A stretch of DNA of 64,000 nt, taken from contig CAXXMD010000003.1 of assembly GCA_963675755.2 (NCBI GenBank), positions 1,856,001 to 1,920,000 on the forward strand. Reading direction: 5' to 3'. Numbering within the stretch: the stretch's first letter is position 1; every line of letters starts with the position of its first letter. Made by a program: the position numbers and the translations under genes. The notes below the pieces were generated by a model. It saw nothing but the letters and a program-made list of their open reading frames with translations, had not been told where the DNA came from and did no database searches. The DNA is from a bacterium. Its GTDB lineage: Bacteria; Zhuqueibacterota; Zhuqueibacteria; Residuimicrobiales; Krinioviventaceae. Below are positions 1 through 10,362 of the stretch, piece after piece.

Positions 1-2
1 TT

Positions 3-1175
3 ACTGCAGAAGAAGCCATGTTTAATTATGACATGACACTGTTTTTCGACAACTGGTTCAGCGGAATTCGTGGTAACCAGAATGAAAAGACGGGAGACAT
101 ACCCATCATCTCCCCGCGGCCCTATATCTGGGATGAAGGTATAGAGTGGAGCAGCACCTATATTTTAATGTTGTGGCAATATTATCGTTATTATGGTGAT
201 ACGCGTATTTTGGCAGAGCATTATGATGCCATGGTGCGTTATATGCAATTTCTGGATACCATTTCAACGGATTATATTGAGCCTATGGGCTGGATTGGTG
301 ACTGGGGCAGTATGGTCAAAGGCTGGCATGAAGGAGAACCGGAATCTGTGCCCACTGCGTTTTATTTTCTGAATGCAGAGATACTTTCTAAAACCGCGGC
401 AATTCTTGGCAAAGACGCAGACGCACAATGGTTTGAAGATCTGGCTGAGCAAATCAAAAATGCCTATAACAGTGCATTTTTTGATCCCAAAACCGGTAAT
501 TATAATGACGGCAGCCAAATGGCCAATTCGTTTCCATTACTGTTGGGAATCGTGCCGGAACAGCACCAGGAGCAGGTCCTAAATAATCTCGTTGTGGATA
601 TTGTTGAAAAGAACAATGTACACCTTACAACCGGTGTGTTGGGCACAAAATACATGTTTGATGCGCTTGCGGAATTTGATCGATTTGATGTTGCTTATCA
701 ATTGATTACCCAGACCACATATCCGAGCTGGGCAGAGATGATGGAAAAGTATAACACCATGTGTGAATTCTGGACACTCAAGCAATCCCATAATCATGTT
801 ATGATGGGCAGTATAGATGCATGGCTTTACAAATTCCTTGCGGGCATTCAACTGGATGAAGAATTCCCCGCGTATGAACGCTTTGTGATCAAGCCCTATC
901 TTGCAGAGGGACTGGATTATGTACAAGCCTCCACCCGGACCTTGCGGGGAATGGTGGAATCGGAATGGCACATCAATGAAAAGGGCTATCGTCACCATGT
1001 GCGGGTACCCTTTGGCGCAACTGCTAAAGTCTATATACCGGCAGAGGCGGGGTCAACCGTCTTTGAAAGCGGTAAACCCGCAGACACGGTCAAAGGAGTT
1101 GCATTTGTTGGTAAAAAAGATGATTATCGTGTGTTTGAGATAGGCAGCGGCGTGTACGAGTTTGAGGTTAAGTAA
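3..1175 (+). CDS. Alpha-L-rhamnosidase (GH78), C-terminal part; 5' end lies outside the window
   Basis: The frame is open from base 3 (TAEEAMFNYD). GH78 motifs: GDW, HLTTGVLGTKY, YPSW..M, T..EFW, SHNHVMMGS, and a C-terminal beta domain ending GSGVYEF. Confidence 0.88.
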   Translation, partial: TAEEAMFNYDMTLFFDNWFSGIRGNQNEKTGDIPIISPRPYIWDEGIEWSSTYILMLWQYYRYYGDTRILAEHYDAMVRYMQFLDTISTDYIEPMGWIGDWGSMVKGWHEGEPESVPTAFYFLNAEILSKTAAILGKDADAQWFEDLAEQIKNAYNSAFFDPKTGNYNDGSQMANSFPLLLGIVPEQHQEQVLNNLVVDIVEKNNVHLTTGVLGTKYMFDALAEFDRFDVAYQLITQTTYPSWAEMMEKYNTMCEFWTLKQSHNHVMMGSIDAWLYKFLAGIQLDEEFPAYERFVIKPYLAEGLDYVQASTRTLRGMVESEWHINEKGYRHHVRVPFGATAKVYIPAEAGSTVFESGKPADTVKGVAFVGKKDDYRVFEIGSGVYEFEVK

Positions 1176-1296
1176 GAGTTGTCCTCGAAATATACAGAAA
1201 AGAAACCGTAGGCTTAACTTTATAATTATTTGTAATTATTAAATAAACTGAATCTGTTTTTGAATGTAATAATTAAAAAAAATCCTGATATGATTT

Positions 1297-2517
1297 TTAA
1301 TAATTGTCTCTCCAATGTCTTGGAAGATTTTTAATAATTGAAACAAGATTATTGATGTTTTTTTCATCATCAAGTATTGTATTAAATATAGGTTCAGTTA
1401 ACACTTCAAAATCTTGTGAGTTCATACATGCAAATTTTGCACTAATAATAAAATTATATTTTGATAAATAACGCCTTCGTAATTCTGCTCCATAGGTGTC
1501 TACTAGTTGTCCATTAATTACAGCTCTGCCATCATCATAGCTTGCGCGTGAAATTATATGGCCATTATATAAGCCATATTCTTCACAATACCCATACTCA
1601 TTAATATCATCTTGATTGTATTCGTATATACCACATGAAGAGTCAGATTTTGTTTCAACATAGACAAATTGTTGGTAAATATGTTCACTATAAAATATAA
1701 AAATTTTATCTATTTTTAATTCCATATTGTTGATTAAACATTTTTCATAGTCTAATCTTTCAAATTTTTCTATTGCGTTTGAAGCAAAACCTCGAAACCA
1801 CCAGATAGGATCATTTACTACATTTTCTCCTTTTGTTTTTTTAAAAAATATAGGGGGTTTTAACAGTTCTTCTAATCTATATAAAGCGTCGCTATTATTA
1901 TACCAAGTTACTTCCCTTATACCTGGAAAGGCGTCTGAAACTTTATTCGCAAAAAAATAAGTTGACAGTTCAGAAATTGTTTCTTCATCAACAGTTTTTC
2001 GTTTTTCAACTGGACCTTCTGTGTTTTTAGAACGTATCCAACCAGGCATTGGATATTCTTGGATTAAGTGTATTAAACTTGTGCTAACAATACCTTTTAA
2101 TTCTCCATTGTTTTCCCAATATCTACAGAGTTTTTTTTGTACAAGAGTTTTAAAATTTTCTAACTTTTTAATTTTTCCGGCATCATTCTCCTTTTTTTCA
2201 GGGTTTAATGAAGACATATCCTTATATAAAAATCCTATAACGGGTATATTTTTATCTATAGCATATTTATACTCTTTTTGAGTATAAATAGTACCATTTT
2301 CATCTTCAGAACCATATTTCCCAGCAATCAATACAATATAATAATCGCACAAATCTATCATTTTTGTTATATATGTCCATTGATCTTGATTTGAAGCCGG
2401 GAAATATTCCATACTACACGGTATATGATTTAATTCGAGAATAGCCTTGATTATTTCATTTCTTTCTTCTTTTAAATCTTCAAATGTTGAGCTAATGAAA
2501 ATTTGATATTTCTTCAT
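1297..2517 (-). CDS. DUF4062 (TIR/NDT-like) N-terminal domain fused to an unnamed C-terminal domain; putative defence protein
   Basis: The N-terminus KKYQIFISSTFEDLKEER...CDYYIVLIAGKYGS...YTQKEYKYA matches the DUF4062 pattern. The gene is very AT-rich. Confidence 0.85.
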   Translation of the reverse strand: MKKYQIFISSTFEDLKEERNEIIKAILELNHIPCSMEYFPASNQDQWTYITKMIDLCDYYIVLIAGKYGSEDENGTIYTQKEYKYAIDKNIPVIGFLYKDMSSLNPEKKENDAGKIKKLENFKTLVQKKLCRYWENNGELKGIVSTSLIHLIQEYPMPGWIRSKNTEGPVEKRKTVDEETISELSTYFFANKVSDAFPGIREVTWYNNSDALYRLEELLKPPIFFKKTKGENVVNDPIWWFRGFASNAIEKFERLDYEKCLINNMELKIDKIFIFYSEHIYQQFVYVETKSDSSCGIYEYNQDDINEYGYCEEYGLYNGHIISRASYDDGRAVINGQLVDTYGAELRRRYLSKYNFIISAKFACMNSQDFEVLTEPIFNTILDDEKNINNLVSIIKNLPRHWRDNY

Positions 2518-2533
2518 AATTCCTGTCTACCAT

Positions 2534-3214
2534 TCAATAGGTTTTTGGCTTTGGACAAGTACTCTTTAATCCGTCAATATGCTCAAAAAGATTTTCTTCT
2601 ATTGCTAGCCACATTGGATCTAAAACAAAATCGATCCCTTCACGTCTTGCTAGTTTTGCAGCAGGTACAAAATCACTGTCACCAGAAACCAGTATGATTT
2701 TACAAACAAGTTGTTTGTAAGCAAGTGAAGCAATATCCAATCCAATTTTAATATCAACACCTTTTTGAACTATGTTATAATATACATCATTTTCGTCTAG
2801 ATCATCAATAGTAATTGCTTTATTTAAAAGATTTTTTGATACATTGGGACGAATTATCCAGCCACCTTTATCTTGTAACTTACCTAATCGAATCGCAACT
2901 TTTCTGAGTTTTTTCAATTCATTGAAAAAGGCTTGTCGAAATTGTGCAATTTCTGTTTTAGAAAAATCTATATTTTTACCAGTTACTGGATTATGTGCTT
3001 TTTGGCTAAATGGGGAGCAATCATAGTAAAGTATTCTATACAATGATTCGTTTTCTACATGATGTAATAGCATTGTGTACATATTTTGCGCGACTGTTTT
3101 TGCATCATGGGTTTTACCATCTTTATAGCAGTGTTTATATCGATGTAGAAAAAAACCACCATCAACTAAAATAGCAGTTGGTTTGTTCCCTGTGAATTGT
3201 TGCTTTTGTCTCAT
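2534..3214 (-). CDS. NYN/LabA-DUF88 (PIN-fold) ribonuclease
   Basis: Motifs AILVDGGF, RILYYD, QKGVDIKIGLD, LVSGDSDFVPAAKLARREG, LDP, L.EHID. Start moved to ATG 3214 because a GGGGGA RBS lies at 3224-3219. Confidence 0.9.
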   Translation of the reverse strand: MRQKQQFTGNKPTAILVDGGFFLHRYKHCYKDGKTHDAKTVAQNMYTMLLHHVENESLYRILYYDCSPFSQKAHNPVTGKNIDFSKTEIAQFRQAFFNELKKLRKVAIRLGKLQDKGGWIIRPNVSKNLLNKAITIDDLDENDVYYNIVQKGVDIKIGLDIASLAYKQLVCKIILVSGDSDFVPAAKLARREGIDFVLDPMWLAIEENLFEHIDGLKSTCPKPKTY

Positions 3215-3224
3215 CGAGTCCCCC

Positions 3225-3299
3225 AAATAAAAATACCCCTGGGATCGGCTATTTCCGGATTGTTGAAAGAGCGTACTGCCAGGGGTAGGATTTTTTATT
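3225..3299 (-). ncRNA. Putative structured leader/small RNA upstream of the NYN gene
   Basis: Perfect 9-bp stem UACCCCUGG/CCAGGGGUA (3287-3279 with 3242-3234) encloses an inner stem GCUCUUUC/GAAAUAGC (one mismatch). It is followed by UUUUUAUUU just before the RBS. It is a GC-rich patch in an AT-rich intergenic region. Confidence 0.55.
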
Positions 3300-3456
3300 G
3301 ACTTAAAAAATTTTTTAATTGCAAAAAACTTGCACCTATTATTTTCTAAATAAATAAATTTTTTAAATAATGTCAACATTTTTTTTCACATTTAATCCCA
3401 ATCTGTTGTATATTATACAAATAAAATTCAATATAATGCATGAGGAGAAAAGAGGT

Positions 3457-4320
3457 ATGAAAGCAAATAATATATCGCGTCGTGATTTTGGTAAACATAT
3501 GGCCGCCGCGGGTGCCGCATTGGGACTGGGTTTGGCCGGTTGCAGTGCTCCACAGAAACCCAAAGATACCCTGATTGGCATCCAGTTGTATACCGTGCGC
3601 GAGTTGTCAAAAGAAGATTTTACAGGTACATTGCGCAAAGTTGCTGAGATTGGTTACAATGCATTTGAATTTGCCGGTTACGGTGGAATGACTGCTAAAG
3701 AAGTTAAGGCATTAATAGATGAACTGGGTGTGGTTTGTGCCGGTACGCATACTGGTTTTGGTGCGTTGGAAGGTGATTTACAGAAAACCATCGAATATAA
3801 TCTGGAATTGGGCAACAAACAGGTTGTTTGTCCTTCAATGCCGGGCAAGTTCCGTGAAGGCGGAGTTGATGGAATTAAAATTTTTGCTGAACAGATGAAC
3901 ACATTTGGCGAAGCCATTAATAAAGCGGGAATGCAGTTAGCCTATCATAATCACGCTTTTGAATTTGAAACAGTGGACGGCAAGTATCTGTACGATATTA
4001 TACTTGAAAACACCCAAGCTGATCTGGTAAAACTCGAAGCGGATTTGTTCTGGGTGAAAAAAGGCGGTTTGGATCCTGTTGAGTATATGAACACCTACAA
4101 AGACCGCTGTACCATGCTACACATGAAAGACATGGCAGCTGATGAAAAGGGCAGTTTTGCTCCTGTAGGTACGGGTATTATGGATTTCCCCGCAATTGTC
4201 AAGACCGCGCGTGAAATAGGTGTGGAATGGTTTATTGTTGAACAGGACAGATGTGAAGGTTCTGTACTGGATGCTATTACAACCAGCTTTAATAATATGA
4301 ATACCCTGTTGAATGGTTAA
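3457..4320 (+). CDS. Sugar phosphate isomerase/epimerase (xylose isomerase-like TIM barrel), Tat-exported lipoprotein
   Basis: SRRDFGK twin-arginine motif, LAGC lipobox, and GIQLYTVR, YHNHAFEF, E.DLFW, LHMKD, VEQD motifs. AGAGG RBS before ATG 3457. Confidence 0.9.
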   Translation: MKANNISRRDFGKHMAAAGAALGLGLAGCSAPQKPKDTLIGIQLYTVRELSKEDFTGTLRKVAEIGYNAFEFAGYGGMTAKEVKALIDELGVVCAGTHTGFGALEGDLQKTIEYNLELGNKQVVCPSMPGKFREGGVDGIKIFAEQMNTFGEAINKAGMQLAYHNHAFEFETVDGKYLYDIILENTQADLVKLEADLFWVKKGGLDPVEYMNTYKDRCTMLHMKDMAADEKGSFAPVGTGIMDFPAIVKTAREIGVEWFIVEQDRCEGSVLDAITTSFNNMNTLLNG

Positions 4321-4327
4321 GATATTT

Positions 4328-4358
4328 AGCCTCCCGATTCTGTCGGGAGGCTTATTTT
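4328..4358. terminator. Intrinsic terminator between convergent genes
   Basis: AGCCTCCCGA-ttctg-TCGGGAGGCT hairpin followed by TATTTT. Confidence 0.8.
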
Positions 4359-5101
4359 AACGGATCAATGACGGGGTTTTCATGTATAGAAAAGGATTTC
4401 AGATTTTTCAATGATTGTAAAAAAGATGTATCCGTAATACCATTCTCACTTAGATCCAGTGAGGTCAGATTGGGTAGGTCGGTTAAAAATGAAGTATCAT
4501 TAATCTGATTTTTACTGAGATCCAGATGTTCAAGCGTATTCAGAGATTTTAAAAAAGACGCATCTTCAAGTTGATTGTAACTCAAATACAGGCATTTCAG
4601 GCTTTTCAGTGTTTCAAGAAAACTATAATCCTCAATCTGGTTTGCGCTCAGATCCAAAGCTGTCAGATTTTCCATATCTGCTAGATATTTTCCTTTTCTG
4701 ATCATATTGTAACTCAGATATAAAGCCGTCAGGCTTTTCATGTCTTTCAAAAACCATATATCCTCAAGCTGGTTAAAAGACAGATCCAGAATGCTTATGT
4801 TTTTCATCTTTTCTAAAAAGGCAAAAGATTCCATTAATGTACCGCGCAGACTCAGGTTTTCCAGATTTTCCAGCTGCAGCAACAGTTCAATAATGTTTTC
4901 ATCCAATTGCAGATAGTCCAGACACAGCGTTGTTACATGATCTCCGGAAATACTATATCCTCTTAAAAGAATTGAATCGTGCTGGTATTCACCTTTTTTG
5001 CGTAGAAACGCATCATTGTCCATAATATCTTGTGGATCAAGCTGTTTGAGCTCCAGACCCAATATTTGTCCAATATTGTTTATTACATTTATTTCATTCA
5101 T
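4352..5101 (-). CDS. Leucine-rich repeat protein (about eight 22-aa internalin/SDS22-like repeats)
   Basis: Repeating L..L.LS.NQI.D.SFL..L unit. Likely start is MNEINV at 5101. Confidence 0.88.
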   Translation of the reverse strand: MNEINVINNIGQILGLELKQLDPQDIMDNDAFLRKKGEYQHDSILLRGYSISGDHVTTLCLDYLQLDENIIELLLQLENLENLSLRGTLMESFAFLEKMKNISILDLSFNQLEDIWFLKDMKSLTALYLSYNMIRKGKYLADMENLTALDLSANQIEDYSFLETLKSLKCLYLSYNQLEDASFLKSLNTLEHLDLSKNQINDTSFLTDLPNLTSLDLSENGITDTSFLQSLKNLKSFSIHENPVIDPLK

Positions 5102-5185
5102 ATATGCACCTTGGTATTTATAGATTGTCAGATATTGTAAATAAAGAAATAAAATCGTGTAATGCAAGCGTTTGTATGAATAGTA

Positions 5186-8100
5186 TCAAATTTTAGGAAA
5201 GCCGGGGAAAGAGATTTTAAATTGGGCCCCCTGATCACAAATATATTCCATGCTGCCATGAATTTGTTTTGACAAATTTTTAACAAGTTGGATGCCAAGG
5301 GTGTTAGAGTTTTCTATTTTTTCTTCTTCACAGCCAATGCCATTATCTCTGACGGTGAGTTGGAGACGGTTTGAAGAAAGGATTGACAATTGTATCCAAA
5401 GTGTTCCTTCATCCTGATGGGGGAATGCATGTTTGAGTGAATTGGTTACCAACTCGTTGAGGATCAAACCACAAGGTATGGCCTGGTTAATATCCAATTC
5501 TACATCTTCCAGGTCATAGACGACCTGAACTTTATTATAGATATCATATGATCGTACAAGCTCACTGGCCATGGATTGAATGTATTCTCTGAATTCAATT
5601 TTGCTAAAATCATCAGACTTGTATAATTTTTCATGAACCAGCGCCATAGACCGGATGCGGTTCACGCTTTCTTTGAACGCATCGGTCAAGTTGGTTTTAC
5701 TCTTGATCGCATTGGATTGGAGATTTAAAAGACCTGTTATTATTGCCATATTGTTTTTTACACGATGATGGATTTCTTTCAACAGCACTTCTTTTTCTAA
5801 AAGTGATTGTTTAATCATCTTTTCCGCACGTTTTCTTTCGGTAATATCTGTAAAAATACCTGTCATACCTATAATGTTGCCGTTTTCATCTTTTAGTGGT
5901 CCGGATGCAAGACTTACATCAATAAGAGTACCATCTTTGTGTAATCTTTTCAGTTCTTCAATGGTTTCAAAATTGTACAATTTGTTTATCAGACGGTTTT
6001 TAAAAGATAATATTTTTTCTTTAGGCATTAATGGATTAAAATTTCCAATGACTTCTTCAGCTTTCCAGCCAAAAATACGTTCAGCAGCGGGATTCCAAAG
6101 TATTACAACACCATCGGAATTGAGAGCGATGATGGCAGAAGGGGAAGATTGAATCAGCGCTTCTAGCCGGGCTTTACTGACGGATAACTGGTTTTCTGCA
6201 ATAACCCGTTCATGAATATCCCTACCAACGCCAATGACTGAGACAACCTTGTTGCCTTTATCAAGGACCGATTTATAAGACCAACCCAGCCAACGCATCC
6301 CTTTTCGGGTCATATAACGTTGTTCTATATAACAAGAATAAGGTGGTTTGTTCAAGCTTTCCATTGCTTGTGTTGCTTTTTCGCGGTCTTCTTTGTGGAT
6401 ATGAGGTAGAAATTGCTTGCCCAATAGTTGGGATTCGGTTTTACCAAACATTTCACAAAAAGAGTGGCTTACAAACATAAAGTTACCGTTTGTATCAACT
6501 TTGGTTACCAGATCGGTTTGATTTTCAATCAACAATCTGTATTTTTCTTCACTTTCACGCAGAGCCTGTTCCGCAAAAATGCGTTCCAATTCGGCAGATG
6601 CCCTGTCTGCAAATGTATCCAGTACTTTTTGCGTTTGTTCATAGTCTTTTATGGGCTTTGTATCCAGAATTGCAAGAATTCCTATACATTCGCCATCTGT
6701 TGTAGTTAATGGGGTACCCATAAAACTGTCGATATTGTATTTTTTTAAATTTAAATCAAGCGGAAATACTTGTTGTATATTATGTGTATATACAACTCTG
6801 CCTTTGTAGATAACATCATATACAGGAGTATTGCTTATGGGTATTTGAAAATTTTCAATAATTTCTTGATGTTTACAACTTGCAATTGATATGATTTCCA
6901 TTTCATTTGGCAGGTATTTTCCGGTGAAAACAAATTCAACATCAATTGCTTTAGAAAGACCTAATACCAGATTCCGGAAAAACAGATCTCCGGTAGCATG
7001 TTTGGTACCTTCAATAACCAGATCCAGCGTGGCTTGAATTTTTTTCTGTTGAGTAATATCAAGATGTGTACCAGACATTCTTGCCGGTTTACCTTTGTCG
7101 TCCCATTCAACGACTTTACCTCTGTCTAAAACCCAAACCCAATGACCGTTTTTGTGTTTCATCCTTATTTCACATTCATAGTTTTCAATTTCGCCATTGA
7201 AATGTTTAGCTATTAATGTGTTTGATTTTTTACGGTCATCAGGGTGAGATAGATCAGTCCATAATTCGGTATTATAATCTGCGTTTAACTCATCAAGTGA
7301 ATAGCCAATTATTTCTGCCCATCTCTGGTCAACCGTGAATTTATCTGTTTGTATAAACCAGTCCCAGGTTCCCAATTCGGAGCCTTCAAGAACCAGTTCG
7401 TATCGTTTTTCACTTTCTTTTAGTGCTTGTTGTACCTGATATTTTTCTGTATTGTCACGTGCTACAATCAGAATTTTTTGAGTGTCTTGATTTATTATGA
7501 TGGGAGATGAACTGACTTCCATAATGCGTCTCTGGCCGTGTTGGTCCATATATACGGCATTATATAGGTTAATACCTGTATCACCGGTTCTTCTCTTTTT
7601 ACTGCGTTCAACGACAGCCTGTTTTTCATCATCCGGAATAAAATCCAATATGTTTAGTTTTTCATTTGAATTTTTTCTGTTGCCCAGCATCTTTTTTGCA
7701 GACTCGTTCAAATATTCTATATGGCCTTCCATATCATGAATACAAATGAGATCATGGGCGGTCTCTGCTAACAGGCGATATCTTTGTTCACTTTCAATAA
7801 GGATATTTTCAGCCAGTTTTCGGTCCGTTATATCCAGAAAATGAACCGCCATTGACCCGGGAAACGTTTGGTAAGCATATATATCATATACACCTTTGAT
7901 CTCACCATCGTCATATTCAATTTTTTCGCAAGTCCAGGTATCACCTTTTTGGGCAATATTGTAATATTTTTCAATAATATTTGTTTCTATGAGTGGAGGA
8001 AAAGCATCTTCTATTGAAACACCCAGGTATTGTTTTGTATCAACACCTAATATCTTGTCGGCAGCCGGATTTGTACCAGAAAAAATGAGTTTGTCATTTT

Positions 8101-9688
8101 CATCAAGTTTGTAAATAAAGGTGCCCATTGGAGAGGATTGGATTACATTCCTAAACTGAACTTCACTCTCATGTAATGCTGCAATTGCAATGTTTTTTTC
8201 TTCAGCAATATTTATATTATATATTGCTAAAGCAATATCATTTGCAACTTCCTGGAACAATTCTCTTTCTTCGTCATCAAGATCATCTGTTGGCAGAGCA
8301 ACCATAAGTAAACCCAATAGATTGTTGTCATGTACCAAACGGGTTTGCATGATAAAACCATTCGGTTCAATATTGGAGAGTGAACAGTCTTTACAATAAC
8401 TCAAGGGTTTATTGAACTCTGTAATGTTGGGATCATTTATTGCGTCTTGAATACAAAAATGTATACCCTGGTGTTGTTTTTTAATAAAATCAGTAAAATT
8501 TTCTCCTATGCCGGATTCAGCATGTTCTGTTATGGTTTTGTCTTCGTCGAATAATAAAATCCATGATGCTGTATAACCTTGTGTTTTCGTTAGTTCTTTA
8601 CAGGTTTGTTCAATCAGTTTTTGTTTGTTTTTTTCTATGGCAATTAATTGATTTACATTTCTAATACCCCTAAGAACCCGGTTTAAATGCTCAATTTGTT
8701 TATTTTGACGGACCTGCTCTGATATGTTACGAACAAATTCTATTACTGATGTAACCGAGTTGGTTTTTGCGTCCATAACGGGGTAGCTGAAGACTTCTAC
8801 CCATTCTGTAAATGCACCTGTTTCATTTTTTATAATTTGTCTTTCGGTTTTTAAAGTTTCCATACATCTAAGAGCGGGACAACTATTGCAATGTTCATCT
8901 TTACCATGAAAGCATTGGTAGCATATTTTCCCTTCAAGAGGCAATTGATGTTCATACCATTTTTTCATAGTTTGGTTTGAATGCCTGATTGTAAGGTCTG
9001 GGTTAAGCACAAGAAGGCCATCCTGAATGCTTTCAAACATCCCTTTTAAGAATTGTTCGTTTTCTTGAATTGCATTTTGGAGTTGATATTCTTCTGTCAC
9101 ATCCCGAAAGATGAGTACTACACCCAGAATCTCTCCATTTTTAGACAAGATAGGCGCACCACTGTCTGCAATTTGTCTTTCTGTTCCATCCCGGGATATT
9201 AAAACTGTATGGTTGGCAAGACCAACAATTTTACCTTCTTTCAATACCCGAAACACAGGGCTTTCTACTGCCGCACGGGTTTTAGCATTTATGATATTAA
9301 AAACTTGAGAAACAGGTTGGTTTTTTGCTTCTTTTATGGTCCAGCCGGTTAATTTTTCAGCAACCGGATTCATTTCTGTAATATTGCCTAATGCGTCTGT
9401 TGAAATGAATGCATCCCCAATTGATTTCAAAGTAACCCGAAGGTTTTCCTGAACCCGTTTTTGTCGACCTGAAATGAGTGAAACCAGAACACCAAATATG
9501 ATAAATAACAAGAAAATTATAGCTCTGATATATATCTCGTGTGGTGGTATTTGTGAGAATAATAAATTAAGAAAAGAATTTTCATAAAAGAAATAATAAT
9601 CCATTGCAGTATCAATTATCCATACTGCTATGCCAAATCCGATGGCCCCAGACATGATTTTTAAATCAATTTTCATGGTCCCCACCAT
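5186..9688 (-). CDS. Membrane-anchored multi-PAS/GAF sensor histidine kinase (HisKA_2 family)
   Basis: Two N-terminal TM helices, multiple PAS/PAC motifs (RDVTE, DITDRK, LDITQQK, TDITERK), two GAF-like segments, H-box [10 protein letters not shown]-box [12 protein letters not shown], and DNGIG. Confidence 0.93.
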   Translation of the reverse strand: MVGTMKIDLKIMSGAIGFGIAVWIIDTAMDYYFFYENSFLNLLFSQIPPHEIYIRAIIFLLFIIFGVLVSLISGRQKRVQENLRVTLKSIGDAFISTDALGNITEMNPVAEKLTGWTIKEAKNQPVSQVFNIINAKTRAAVESPVFRVLKEGKIVGLANHTVLISRDGTERQIADSGAPILSKNGEILGVVLIFRDVTEEYQLQNAIQENEQFLKGMFESIQDGLLVLNPDLTIRHSNQTMKKWYEHQLPLEGKICYQCFHGKDEHCNSCPALRCMETLKTERQIIKNETGAFTEWVEVFSYPVMDAKTNSVTSVIEFVRNISEQVRQNKQIEHLNRVLRGIRNVNQLIAIEKNKQKLIEQTCKELTKTQGYTASWILLFDEDKTITEHAESGIGENFTDFIKKQHQGIHFCIQDAINDPNITEFNKPLSYCKDCSLSNIEPNGFIMQTRLVHDNNLLGLLMVALPTDDLDDEERELFQEVANDIALAIYNINIAEEKNIAIAALHESEVQFRNVIQSSPMGTFIYKLDENDKLIFSGTNPAADKILGVDTKQYLGVSIEDAFPPLIETNIIEKYYNIAQKGDTWTCEKIEYDDGEIKGVYDIYAYQTFPGSMAVHFLDITDRKLAENILIESEQRYRLLAETAHDLICIHDMEGHIEYLNESAKKMLGNRKNSNEKLNILDFIPDDEKQAVVERSKKRRTGDTGINLYNAVYMDQHGQRRIMEVSSSPIIINQDTQKILIVARDNTEKYQVQQALKESEKRYELVLEGSELGTWDWFIQTDKFTVDQRWAEIIGYSLDELNADYNTELWTDLSHPDDRKKSNTLIAKHFNGEIENYECEIRMKHKNGHWVWVLDRGKVVEWDDKGKPARMSGTHLDITQQKKIQATLDLVIEGTKHATGDLFFRNLVLGLSKAIDVEFVFTGKYLPNEMEIISIASCKHQEIIENFQIPISNTPVYDVIYKGRVVYTHNIQQVFPLDLNLKKYNIDSFMGTPLTTTDGECIGILAILDTKPIKDYEQTQKVLDTFADRASAELERIFAEQALRESEEKYRLLIENQTDLVTKVDTNGNFMFVSHSFCEMFGKTESQLLGKQFLPHIHKEDREKATQAMESLNKPPYSCYIEQRYMTRKGMRWLGWSYKSVLDKGNKVVSVIGVGRDIHERVIAENQLSVSKARLEALIQSSPSAIIALNSDGVVILWNPAAERIFGWKAEEVIGNFNPLMPKEKILSFKNRLINKLYNFETIEELKRLHKDGTLIDVSLASGPLKDENGNIIGMTGIFTDITERKRAEKMIKQSLLEKEVLLKEIHHRVKNNMAIITGLLNLQSNAIKSKTNLTDAFKESVNRIRSMALVHEKLYKSDDFSKIEFREYIQSMASELVRSYDIYNKVQVVYDLEDVELDINQAIPCGLILNELVTNSLKHAFPHQDEGTLWIQLSILSSNRLQLTVRDNGIGCEEEKIENSNTLGIQLVKNLSKQIHGSMEYICDQGAQFKISFPGFPKI

Positions 9689-9807
9689 GTATTATTAAGA
9701 TCAGGTCGATCATGCTTATAATACTGCAAAATCGGATTTATTAAATATCGGAATAAATCACGAAATCAGATTTTTATAAATTTTTTCTTTCTTTGCAGGT
9801 AATGGTA

Positions 9808-10359
9808 TTAAATATAATCTTTATATAACTCTTTACTGGGTGCGGGGATAACAACTTTGTTGACCAGCAATCCCTTGTCTGATACAACAGCAGAACCCGC
9901 ATCAACAGCCGCCCTTACGTTACCTACGGTACCGGTTAATGTTACAAAAGCTTTTCCACCCAAAGCCATTGCCAGGCGAATTTCCATCAAACTGACATTT
10001 GCCGATTTGACTGCTGCATCAGCAGCTTCCAGCAATGAGGAAACAGAAAAAGATTCTATAATACCCAAAGCACCCAACATTTCAACCTGGTTAGCACCCG
10101 CTAATGCAGGCATTACCTGAGAATCTATATTTGATAATAATATATGGTCAATAACTGCACCTTGCCATTTTTCAACACCTGCTTCAACACTGGAGCGAAC
10201 AGCGGCAACATTACCGCCTACAATGACCATGTATTTACCGGAACATATGGAACGGGAAATAATCAATTCAACATTAGATGTTTTTAACATCGTGTCCGTT
10301 ACATCTATTCCGGCTGCTATACTGTTTAATTCTATCATGCCGACGGCATTTTTTTGCAT
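9808..10359 (-). CDS. Tandem BMC-domain shell protein, PduT-like
   Basis: Two BMC domains (GMIELNSIAAG...GNVAAVRSSV; GIIESFS...ADAAVK...GGKAFV) and ICSGKY with the PduT-type Fe-S ligand Cys. Confidence 0.88.
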   Translation of the reverse strand: MQKNAVGMIELNSIAAGIDVTDTMLKTSNVELIISRSICSGKYMVIVGGNVAAVRSSVEAGVEKWQGAVIDHILLSNIDSQVMPALAGANQVEMLGALGIIESFSVSSLLEAADAAVKSANVSLMEIRLAMALGGKAFVTLTGTVGNVRAAVDAGSAVVSDKGLLVNKVVIPAPSKELYKDYI

Positions 10360-10362
10360 CTA

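Noticed and set aside
3215-3456. Long N-terminal extensions of the NYN ORF (from 3379) and the isomerase ORF (from 3370)
   Set aside because: The two extensions would overlap head-to-head across an AT-rich promoter region. Better starts with RBS exist at 3214 and 3457.
1176-3456. Possible mobile element boundaries around the AT-rich islet
   Set aside because: I found no transposase, integrase, tRNA, terminal inverted repeats or target-site duplication by eye, so it is not called a mobile element.
4390-4880. 66-bp periodic repeats that could mimic a CRISPR or tandem array
   Set aside because: They are degenerate codon-level repeats of the 22-aa LRR unit inside a CDS, with no identical repeats, spacers or cas genes.
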